The notes below the pieces were generated by a model. That model made no database searches and was not told the origin of the DNA. It was given only the letters and a program-made list of their open reading frames with translations. A program made the position numbers and the translations under genes. Below, one piece after another: positions 25,108 through 32,000 of a DNA stretch of 32,000 bases. Every line of letters starts with the position of its first letter. Within the stretch, counting starts at the first letter, position 1. This stretch comes from Vibrio tubiashii (lineage in GTDB: Bacteria > Pseudomonadota > Gammaproteobacteria > Enterobacterales > Vibrionaceae): contig JRWQ01000001.1 of assembly GCA_000775715.1 (NCBI GenBank), positions 616,923 to 648,922 of the forward strand. The letters run 5' to 3'.

Positions 25108-26571
25108 TTACAGCGCAGCTACAGTGGCACGAGCGCCGTGATCAATCAGCGATTGGTAAGCGCTGCTCACCGCATCAATCACTTGTGGGTTTTGCCCAAG
25201 CTCTGCAGGGAAGATGGCTTCAACTGCGAGCAACGCAGGTACCACAGAAACGTTCAAGCCGTGTTGGTCGCAAATCTGACGCAGTGTCTCTGCCATTGGA
25301 TCGCGAACATCAATGTCGTTGCCTTGCTCGTCCACGCCAGATACGTAGCGCATCCAACCTGCAATTGCTGTTGCCAACCATGAGAAGTTAGAACCTTGAG
25401 CAAGATGGAATCGCAAGCTGCCATCCATACGTTGTGGGATCTTCTGGCTGCCATCCATCGCGATTTGCCAGGTTTTGTGTTTCAAGCTTGGGTTAGTGAA
25501 GCGCTCGATAAGCAGCTTAGCGTAGCCTTCTAAATCGGTGCCTTCTGGCATGGTCAGCGAAGGAGCTTGCGCTTGCATCATCATGTCGAATGCCGCTTTG
25601 CGGTAGCCTTCGTCTGTCATGGTGTCAGAGATGTGCGCGTAACCGCCAAGGTAGCCTAGGTAGGCTAGGAACGAGTGGCTACCATTTAGCATGCGCAGTT
25701 TCATTTCTTCGTAAGGCACAACGTCGGCAACAAACTCTGCGCCAGCCACGCTCCAATCCGGGCGACCTGCCACGAAGTTATCCTCGATAACCCATTGGCG
25801 GAAAGGTTCACAAGCGATACCACATGGATCTTCACAGCCAAGTAGCTCAGCGATTTCGGTCAGCGTCTCTTCGGTTGCTGCTGGCACAATGCGGTCAACC
25901 ATGGTGCAAGGGAAGGTAACATTGGTTTCAATCCAGTCGCGTAATTCTGGATCGAGTAGTTGAGCGAACTCAAGTACCGCTGCTTTTGCTACGTGACCGT
26001 TCTCTTGCACGTTGTCGCAAGACATCACGGTAAATGGCGTCAGACCGCGCTCACGGCGCATTTTTAGTGCTTGCACGATGTAACCCAATGCCGATTTTGG
26101 CTCCGTTGGGTTGGCAAGGTCAGCAATGACTAGCGGGTTGTTTTTATCAAGCGTGCCCGTTGCTGGGTCGGCGCAGTAGCCTTTCTCGGTAATCGTCATT
26201 GAAACGATCGCCACTTGTGGCTCTGTCATTTTTTCTAACACCGCTGGAATGCTGTCGAGGCTTGGGTGGAGTGATTCGGTCACTGAGCCAATCACTTTTA
26301 CCTCAGTCGATTCTGCGCCTTTCTCTGCCACTGTATAGAGGTGATCTTGTGCGCGCAGCGATTGAATTAAGTCTTCACCACCAAATAGGTTGATTTCGCA
26401 AATGCCCCAATTCGAGCCTGTTTTACTTAGCATTTCATTGGTGAATAGAGCTTGGTGCGCTCGGTGGAATGCACCGAAACCAAGGTGAACAATACGGCTT
26501 GTAAGTGTTGAACGGTCGTAGTCCGGTAGCAGAGCGTGGTCATTTAGAGTGGAATTCGAAATAGTCTTCAT
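25108..26571 (-). CDS. uxuB: Fructuronate reductase (D-mannonate oxidoreductase)
   Basis: 487 aa, colinear with E. coli UxuB as remembered (RIVHLG.GAFHRAHQA, LYTVAEKGAESTE.K.IGS, TEKGYCAD, FTVMSCDNV.ENGHVAK, NVTFPCTMVDRIVPAAT, MLNGSHSFLAYLGYLGGY, TWQIAMDGSQK.PQR). It is not UxaB-like. Confidence 0.9.
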   Translation of the reverse strand: MKTISNSTLNDHALLPDYDRSTLTSRIVHLGFGAFHRAHQALFTNEMLSKTGSNWGICEINLFGGEDLIQSLRAQDHLYTVAEKGAESTEVKVIGSVTESLHPSLDSIPAVLEKMTEPQVAIVSMTITEKGYCADPATGTLDKNNPLVIADLANPTEPKSALGYIVQALKMRRERGLTPFTVMSCDNVQENGHVAKAAVLEFAQLLDPELRDWIETNVTFPCTMVDRIVPAATEETLTEIAELLGCEDPCGIACEPFRQWVIEDNFVAGRPDWSVAGAEFVADVVPYEEMKLRMLNGSHSFLAYLGYLGGYAHISDTMTDEGYRKAAFDMMMQAQAPSLTMPEGTDLEGYAKLLIERFTNPSLKHKTWQIAMDGSQKIPQRMDGSLRFHLAQGSNFSWLATAIAGWMRYVSGVDEQGNDIDVRDPMAETLRQICDQHGLNVSVVPALLAVEAIFPAELGQNPQVIDAVSSAYQSLIDHGARATVAAL

Positions 26572-26652
26572 TTTGGTATCCCTTTTCCCGCAAGCGTACC
26601 TGCGGGATGGTCTGTTTTAATCATTCGTAATCTAGAGCTTATAACCTAGCGT

Positions 26653-27954
26653 TTAGTAGCCAAGTACAAGGTTAGGCAAGAAAAGGCTTAGCTGAGGAAT
26701 AAAGGTCACTGCCATTAGTGCTGCAATCAGTGCAACATAGAATGGCAGCAGAGGCTTAATCACTTTGTCGATGGCAACGTTTGCCACAGAACAACCAATG
26801 AACAACGCACTACCTACTGGTGGGGTACAGATACCGATAGCTAAGTTGAAGGTCATCATGATGCCAAAGTGTACCGGGTCGATACCCATATCCAGTGCGA
26901 TTGGCAGGAAGATAGGCGTGAAGATCAGTACCGCTGGCGTCATATCCATGAAGATGCCGACAATCAGCAGAATGATGTTGATGATGAGTAGAATCATCAG
27001 TGGGTTATCTGAGATTGCTAATAAGCCATCCGCGATCATGTAAGGAATATCGGCGTTCGCCATTGCCCAAGACATGCCCATGGAAGCGCCTACGAGCAGT
27101 AAGACGATAGAAGTGGTGACCGCAGACTCTAAGATGATTTTAGGTAGATCGCGCCATTTTACTTCTCGGTAAATCAGTACCGCGAGGGTGAAGGTGTACA
27201 CTACCGCGATAGCAGAGGCCTCTGTCGCCGTAAAAATACCGCCAATGATGCCACCCATGATGATCACAATCAGTGCCAGAGACGGCGCTGCTTTTATGAA
27301 GGTATCCCAGATCAAGGCGATTGAAGGGCGTGCTGCTACTGGGTAACCACGGCGTTTTGCAATGATACCTGCTACCACCATAATACTGAGCCCCATGAGT
27401 AAGCCAGGAATGTAACCGGCCAAGAACAGAGCCGCGATAGACGTGCCACCAGAGACCAACGAAAATACGATAAGCGTGTTGCTTGGTGGGATTAACAAGC
27501 CTGAAGGGCAGGATGTGATGTTCACAGCAGCAGAGAAATTATCATCGTAGCCATCTTTCTTTTGCAGAGGAGACATGGTGCCACCCACAGCCGCCGCAGA
27601 TGCTACTGCTGAGCCAGAAATTGATCCAAACATCATGTTAGCCATCACATTTACGTGAGCTAGCGACCCTGGGAGACGACCACCTAACACCTTCGCGAAG
27701 TTTATCAATCGTAGTGCGATACCACCTTGGTTCATAATATTACCCGCCAAGATAAAGAACGGGATTGCTAAAAGTGCGAAGTTGTCTAGGCCTGCAGCCA
27801 TGCGCTGAGCCACTACTGCGATTGCAGGCTCGAGCGGGAGCCCCATTAAAATAGTCGCCAGAGAAGACAGACCGATAGCAAATGAGACCGGAACACCAAT
27901 CGCAAGTAAGAGTGCGAAGCTACCGAATAATGTGAGAATTAGTTGCCATTCCAT
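26653..27954 (-). CDS. TRAP transporter large permease subunit (DctM family)
   Basis: 433 aa, about 12 TM segments, DctM-type pattern (AIPFFILAG, MFG.ISGSA.A). Immediately downstream of the small subunit. Confidence 0.9.
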   Translation of the reverse strand: MEWQLILTLFGSFALLLAIGVPVSFAIGLSSLATILMGLPLEPAIAVVAQRMAAGLDNFALLAIPFFILAGNIMNQGGIALRLINFAKVLGGRLPGSLAHVNVMANMMFGSISGSAVASAAAVGGTMSPLQKKDGYDDNFSAAVNITSCPSGLLIPPSNTLIVFSLVSGGTSIAALFLAGYIPGLLMGLSIMVVAGIIAKRRGYPVAARPSIALIWDTFIKAAPSLALIVIIMGGIIGGIFTATEASAIAVVYTFTLAVLIYREVKWRDLPKIILESAVTTSIVLLLVGASMGMSWAMANADIPYMIADGLLAISDNPLMILLIINIILLIVGIFMDMTPAVLIFTPIFLPIALDMGIDPVHFGIMMTFNLAIGICTPPVGSALFIGCSVANVAIDKVIKPLLPFYVALIAALMAVTFIPQLSLFLPNLVLGY

Positions 27955-27968
27955 TTTGGAACCCTCTA

Positions 27969-28481
27969 TTAATCAAGTTGTGTGTCGGTGAGTAGATCTT
28001 CACCAGACATCAATTGTTTTATGCGGTCAAAAGCGAAAACTGCAGAGTAGAAAATCATCAGTGCGCCACTAATTGGAAGGCAGAAATAGATGTAGCCCAT
28101 CTCTAACCCAAGTGCCGGCGTTAGTTGACCCATGGAGAGTGTTTTGAGCGCTAGCTGGGTACCGCCATGCACCAGAACCACATACGAAAACAGAGCAATA
28201 GAGAATTGAATTACAATTTCATTCACCAGCTTTTTCTTACCTGTGAGTTTCATCGTCAAAAGGTCAATCGCGAGGTGACGTTTAAGACCAGTGGTGTAAG
28301 CGGCACCGATAAGGGCTACCCACATAAAGAGATAGCGAGCCAATTCATCTGTGACGGTGCTTGGTTTACCCAGTACGTAGCGTGAAAGCACCTGCCAAAC
28401 CACGCAGAAGACAAGAAAGGTCGAAAGAGAGACAGTGAATGCTGCCAACCCCCTGTTGATATACGTGACCAATTTATTCAT
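27969..28481 (-). CDS. TRAP transporter small permease subunit (DctQ family)
   Basis: 4-TM protein. Start set at the second ATG (28481, MNKLVTYINRG), which has an AAGGAA RBS 6 nt upstream. ATG 28487 is also possible. The 28571 start in the ORF track adds a non-membrane leader that runs across operator sites. Confidence 0.8.
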   Translation of the reverse strand: MNKLVTYINRGLAAFTVSLSTFLVFCVVWQVLSRYVLGKPSTVTDELARYLFMWVALIGAAYTTGLKRHLAIDLLTMKLTGKKKLVNEIVIQFSIALFSYVVLVHGGTQLALKTLSMGQLTPALGLEMGYIYFCLPISGALMIFYSAVFAFDRIKQLMSGEDLLTDTQLD

Positions 28482-28520
28482 TTTCATTTCCTTAAAGTAA
28501 ATACGCTGACTGTATAACAA

Positions 28521-28532
28521 TTGGTTTACCAA
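28521..28532. promoter_or_regulatory. ExuR/UxuR-type operator candidate TTGGTTTACCAA
   Basis: Palindrome TTGGT-NN-ACCAA with AA/T flanks (AATTGGTTTACCAAT), about 40 nt upstream of the dctQ start. It matches the GntR/FadR-type hexuronate operator core as I remember it (AAATTGGTATACCAATTT). Confidence 0.6.
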
Positions 28533-28634
28533 TGTAGCGAGCGTATTTGAGTAGGGTCTCAAATCATGCATGTTGTTTTGATGGGATTATAATTTAGGTG
28601 AGTTGGTTGTCACGTGAGCAGGCTCACAAATGAA

Positions 28635-28646
28635 TTGGTTGACCAA
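28635..28646. promoter_or_regulatory. ExuR/UxuR-type operator candidate TTGGTTGACCAA
   Basis: Perfect half-sites with AA/T flanks (AATTGGTTGACCAAT), in the centre of the divergent dctQ/dctP intergenic region. Confidence 0.6.
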
Positions 28647-28668
28647 TATATGGGTTAATAGTGTGATT

Positions 28669-28680
28669 TTGGTCAATCAA
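28669..28680. promoter_or_regulatory. Degenerate ExuR/UxuR-type operator candidate TTGGTCAATCAA
   Basis: The left half is perfect and the right half is ATCAA instead of ACCAA. Its centre is 34 bp from the centre of the previous site. Confidence 0.4.
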
Positions 28681-28770
28681 TTTGGTTTTTTGTTTTGACG
28701 ATGGGTTTTTTGATCGCCAATAATGACCTCGAAACAAGAAATACTATGAAAACTTAAACTACCCTACATA

Positions 28771-28782
28771 TTGGACAACCAA
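28771..28782. promoter_or_regulatory. ExuR/UxuR-type operator candidate TTGGACAACCAA
   Basis: 11/12 match to the TTGGT-NN-ACCAA pattern with a T flank (TTGGACAACCAAT). It ends 19 nt upstream of the dctP ATG at 28801. Confidence 0.5.
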
Positions 28783-28800
28783 TCCATGGAGAATAAAACA

Positions 28801-29784
28801 ATGATGATGCGTAAGACTTTTTTAAGCGCTGTAGTTGGTGCTGCAATGACCTTCGGTGCGACGGCTTCTGCGTATGCTGCGACCACTTTGAAGCTGAGTC
28901 ACAACCACCCTCGAGACCATGCGGTGCATAAAGCTATGGACTTTATGGCAAAAGAAGTTCGAGAGATGACCGATGGCGAGGTTCGTATTCGAATTTACCC
29001 TGATGCACAGCTAGGCACTCAACGTGAATCCATGGAGTTAATGCAAAACGGTGCTCTAGATATGGTGAAGAGCAATGCGGCAGAATTGGAAGCTTTTTCT
29101 CCTGCTTATGCAGCATTTAACATGCCTTACTTGTTCCGCGATAAAGATCATTACTACAAAGTGACTGACGGTGAAGTTGGTCGTGAAATCCTAAATTCTT
29201 CAGCGGATAGCGGCTTTGTTGGGGTGACATATTACGATGCTGGTGCTCGTAGCTTCTACACCAACAAACCAATCAATACGCCTGAAGATCTAAAAGGTTT
29301 GAAAGTGCGAGTACAGCCAAGCCCATCAGCGATTGCGATGGTAAAAGCGCTAGGTGGTAACCCGACACCTTTGGCATATGGTGAGCTATACACAGCCTTA
29401 CAACAAGGCGTAGTCGATGCAGCCGAAAACAACATTCCGTCGTTTAGTTTGAGTCGCCATAGTGAAGTATCAAAGTACTTCAGCTTAGACGAGCACACCA
29501 TGGTGCCAGACGTATTGGTCATCTCGACTAAAATGTACGAAAAGCTAACCCCAGAACAGCAAAAAGCACTGATGAAAGCAGCAGCAGACTCTTCGGAATA
29601 TATGAAGAAGCTTTGGGCAGAGTCAGAAGCAAAAGAGCGTACAAAAGCTGAGAAGATGGGCGTAACTTTTGTTGAACCAAATAAAGCAGCATTCGTTGAA
29701 GCAGTTCAACCGATGTATGCGGACCTAGAGAAGACAAATACTGAATTAAATGAACTGGTTGAGAAGATCAAAGCGGTTAAGTAA
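28801..29784 (+). CDS. TRAP transporter substrate-binding protein (DctP family), probably hexuronate-specific
   Basis: Signal peptide MMMRKTFLSAVVGAAMTFGATASAYA followed by TTLKLSHNHP, the DctP-family start. ATG 28801 lies 9 nt after a GGAG. The TTG 28771 start in the ORF track lies inside an operator palindrome. Confidence 0.85.
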   Translation: MMMRKTFLSAVVGAAMTFGATASAYAATTLKLSHNHPRDHAVHKAMDFMAKEVREMTDGEVRIRIYPDAQLGTQRESMELMQNGALDMVKSNAAELEAFSPAYAAFNMPYLFRDKDHYYKVTDGEVGREILNSSADSGFVGVTYYDAGARSFYTNKPINTPEDLKGLKVRVQPSPSAIAMVKALGGNPTPLAYGELYTALQQGVVDAAENNIPSFSLSRHSEVSKYFSLDEHTMVPDVLVISTKMYEKLTPEQQKALMKAAADSSEYMKKLWAESEAKERTKAEKMGVTFVEPNKAAFVEAVQPMYADLEKTNTELNELVEKIKAVK

Positions 29785-29844
29785 TTCTTAAACTATTTAG
29801 TGAGAAATAGTCGAAAACAAGGTGTTACCACATTCTGGTACATA

Positions 29845-29856
29845 GAGGTTGACCAA
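29845..29856. promoter_or_regulatory. Operator-like site GAGGTTGACCAA upstream of the regulator gene, plus an adjacent ATTGGTC half-site
   Basis: 10/12 match to TTGGTTGACCAA, followed by TTTCT and ATTGGTCGT (29862-29870). GACCAAT (29851-29857) and ATTGGTC (29862-29868) form a 7-bp inverted repeat. The site ends 36 nt before the ATG at 29892. Confidence 0.45.
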
Positions 29857-29891
29857 TTTCTATTGGTCGTTATGATGGCGTGAGAAGTTAG

Positions 29892-30665
29892 ATGGAATAC
29901 AGTGATAATATCATCATGATGCCTTTTGAACCGAAAAGACCGTATCAAGAGATCGGTTTAGTCCTTAGACAAGAACTTATCAATGGCCGTTATGTGGTCG
30001 GAGATAGATTGCCGCCTGAGCGTGATATCGCAGAACGTCTCGACGTTAGTCGCACTGTTGTGCGTGAAGCGATCATCATGCTTGAGTTGGAAAACCTTGT
30101 CGAAGTGAAGAAAGGTTCTGGGGTGTATGTCATCAATATTCCATCTCAACCGAACTCTCGCGAGAACGTGATCAGCGATGATGCAGGTCCGTTTGAGATG
30201 CTCCAAGCTCGCCAGTTACTTGAAAGCAACATTGCTGAATTTGCAGCGATGCAAGTAACGCCAGGCGACATCGTGAAAATGCGTTCAGCCCTTGAGCTAG
30301 AGAGAGAAGAGCTCGCCAGTGGCACAGCAGATTGTAACGGTGATGAGAACTTCCATATGTGCATTGCAGAGGCAACTCAAAACTCTGTGCTGGTGGACAT
30401 GTTGAAGCAATCCTGGGAGCGACGTGAGAGCAGCCCAATGTGGAGTAAACTTCACTCTCATATTGCAGGTCAAGACTACCGTGAAGAGTGGTTAGACGAT
30501 CACGCCAAAATCCTCGCCGCATTGCAGCGTAAAGATCCTATCGCTGCAAAAAATGCCATGTGGCAACACCTAGAAAACGTTAAACAGCGCCTGTTGGAGC
30601 TGTCTGATGTCGATGACCCAAATTTTGATGGTTACTTATTCAGTTCAAACCCTGTCATTCTGTAG
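29892..30665 (+). CDS. exuR: GntR/FadR-family hexuronate regulator (ExuR/UxuR)
   Basis: 257 aa, colinear with E. coli ExuR/UxuR as remembered (LP.ER.IA....VSRTVVREAIIMLE.E..VEV.KGSG..V, GPFE.LQARQL.ESNIAEFAA.QVT, AMWQHLEN.K). I cannot tell exuR from uxuR. The start could be a downstream Met at 29916. Confidence 0.85.
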   Translation: MEYSDNIIMMPFEPKRPYQEIGLVLRQELINGRYVVGDRLPPERDIAERLDVSRTVVREAIIMLELENLVEVKKGSGVYVINIPSQPNSRENVISDDAGPFEMLQARQLLESNIAEFAAMQVTPGDIVKMRSALELEREELASGTADCNGDENFHMCIAEATQNSVLVDMLKQSWERRESSPMWSKLHSHIAGQDYREEWLDDHAKILAALQRKDPIAAKNAMWQHLENVKQRLLELSDVDDPNFDGYLFSSNPVIL

Positions 30666-30812
30666 GGTACTGAAAACGGTTAATCACATTGCCGGCTTCG
30701 GCCGGATCTAGTCAGTGTAGCTGCACTATCGTGGCTGCATATTATGAAGTCGTTGTGCACTTAGCTTGATAAATGCGAGCGGGTTAAGTGCGTCTTAAAG
30801 AAGGTGAGTGTC

Positions 30813-32000
30813 ATGGAACAAACTTGGCGTTGGTACGGTCCAAATGACCCTGTGTCGCTAGACGATATTCGTCAAGCAGGCGCAACAGGCATCGTGAATG
30901 CCTTACACCACATTCCAAATGGTGAAGTGTGGTCAAAAGAAGAGATTTTAAAACGCAAAGCCATCATCGAAGAGAAGGGCTTAACGTGGTCAGTGGTTGA
31001 AAGCGTACCAGTTCATGAAGAAATCAAAACTCAGACGGGTAACTTCCAACAATGGATCGACAACTACAAACAAACGTTGCGTAACCTTGCAGAGTGCGGC
31101 GTAGATACGGTCTGCTATAACTTCATGCCAGTACTTGACTGGACACGTACAGACCTAGAATTTGAAATGCCGGATGGATCTAAAGCGCTACGTTTTGACC
31201 AAATCGCCTTTGCGGCATTTGAATTACATATTCTTAAGCGCCCTGGCGCCGAAGCAGATTATACCGAAGAAGAACAAGCACAGGCTTTGGAATACTTCAA
31301 TAACATGACAGCGGAGCAAATCCAGCAACTGACAAGTAACATCATTGCAGGACTACCGGGGGCTGAAGAAGGTTACACGCTGGAAGAGTTCCAAGCACAA
31401 TTAGACCGCTACTTGGGTATCAGCAAAGACAAGCTTCGTGAGCACATGGCGCACTTTTTGACTGAGCTCATGCCAGTGTGTGAAGCGTATGGTTTGAAGC
31501 TAGCGGTACACCCAGACGATCCCCCGCGTCCAATTCTTGGCTTGCCGCGCATTGTTTCAACCATCGACGACATTGATTGGTTGACCGATAGAGTCCCAAG
31601 CAAAATGAACGGTTTAACCATGTGTACAGGTTCTTACGGTGTACGTGGTGATAACGACCTAGTGAATATGATCAAAAAGCATGGTGACCGAATTTACTTC
31701 ACTCACTTGCGTTCAACCAAGCGTGAAGAAAGCAATCCGATGACGTTCCACGAAGCAGCGCATCTTGATGGTGATGTGGATATGTACAACGTGGTGATGG
31801 CGATTTTGGATGAAGAACAACGCCGCGCAGAAGTGGGCGATCACCGTTTAATTCCAATGCGTCCTGACCACGGTCACCAAATGTTGGACGACTTGAAGAA
31901 GAAGACCAACCCTGGCTACTCTGCGATTGGCCGTTTGAAAGGTTTAGCTGAAGTGCGTGGTATGGAAATGGCTCTGAAGCGAGCTTTTTATACCAAATAG
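30813..32000 (+). CDS. uxuA: Mannonate dehydratase
   Basis: Begins [16 protein letters not shown], identical to the E. coli UxuA N-terminus as remembered, and is colinear throughout ([69 protein letters not shown]). AAGGTGAG RBS. The TAG stop is at 31998-32000, so the gene is complete. Confidence 0.92.
   Translation: MEQTWRWYGPNDPVSLDDIRQAGATGIVNALHHIPNGEVWSKEEILKRKAIIEEKGLTWSVVESVPVHEEIKTQTGNFQQWIDNYKQTLRNLAECGVDTVCYNFMPVLDWTRTDLEFEMPDGSKALRFDQIAFAAFELHILKRPGAEADYTEEEQAQALEYFNNMTAEQIQQLTSNIIAGLPGAEEGYTLEEFQAQLDRYLGISKDKLREHMAHFLTELMPVCEAYGLKLAVHPDDPPRPILGLPRIVSTIDDIDWLTDRVPSKMNGLTMCTGSYGVRGDNDLVNMIKKHGDRIYFTHLRSTKREESNPMTFHEAAHLDGDVDMYNVVMAILDEEQRRAEVGDHRLIPMRPDHGHQMLDDLKKKTNPGYSAIGRLKGLAEVRGMEMALKRAFYTK

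Noticed and set aside
1-32000. Scan for CRISPR arrays, IS elements or transposases, integrases, tRNA/rRNA genes and toxin-antitoxin pairs.
   Set aside because: I found no regularly spaced repeats, no transposase- or integrase-like ORFs and no tRNA-like cloverleaf regions. All intergenic spaces are short and are explained by promoters, operators or terminators.

Overview
The window looks like a Vibrionaceae-type gammaproteobacterial chromosome segment, judged from how closely the proteins resemble remembered E. coli and Vibrio orthologues. It is densely packed with nutrient-scavenging operons. I saw no rRNA, tRNA, CRISPR array, IS element, integrase or phage genes. Left to right the modules are as follows. 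(1) A 5'-truncated glycyl-radical-enzyme activase, a YbiW-type glycyl radical enzyme (807 aa) and a DeoR regulator. (2) A patatin-like lipase on the minus strand. (3) cdaR, a GntP-family permease and glycerate kinase. (4) ugpB-A-E-C, a GlpR-like DeoR regulator and ugpQ, for glycerophosphodiester and G3P uptake. (5) A seven-gene cluster that matches the E. coli orphan yhfZ/yhfY/php/yhfU/yhfT/yhfX/yhfW genes one for one. Its physiological role is, to my knowledge, unassigned. (6) A ygjV-like membrane protein. (7) A glucuronate regulon: a minus-strand operon dctQ-dctM-uxuB-uxaC-kdgK-eda, a divergent dctP, then exuR/uxuR and uxuA. The strongest hunt results are the yhf cluster and a degenerate second copy of the last ~15 codons of ugpQ just past its 3' end. 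Together these mark the cluster as a ~6.6 kb cargo insertion without mobility genes. Other results are candidate operator arrays (TTGGT-NN-ACCAA palindromes in the TRAP divergent promoter, AAACGAAAC direct repeats upstream of ugpB) and a Cys-x-Glu dehydratase-type signature in the glycyl radical enzyme. All product calls rest on motif reading and recalled homologues. No database search was run.
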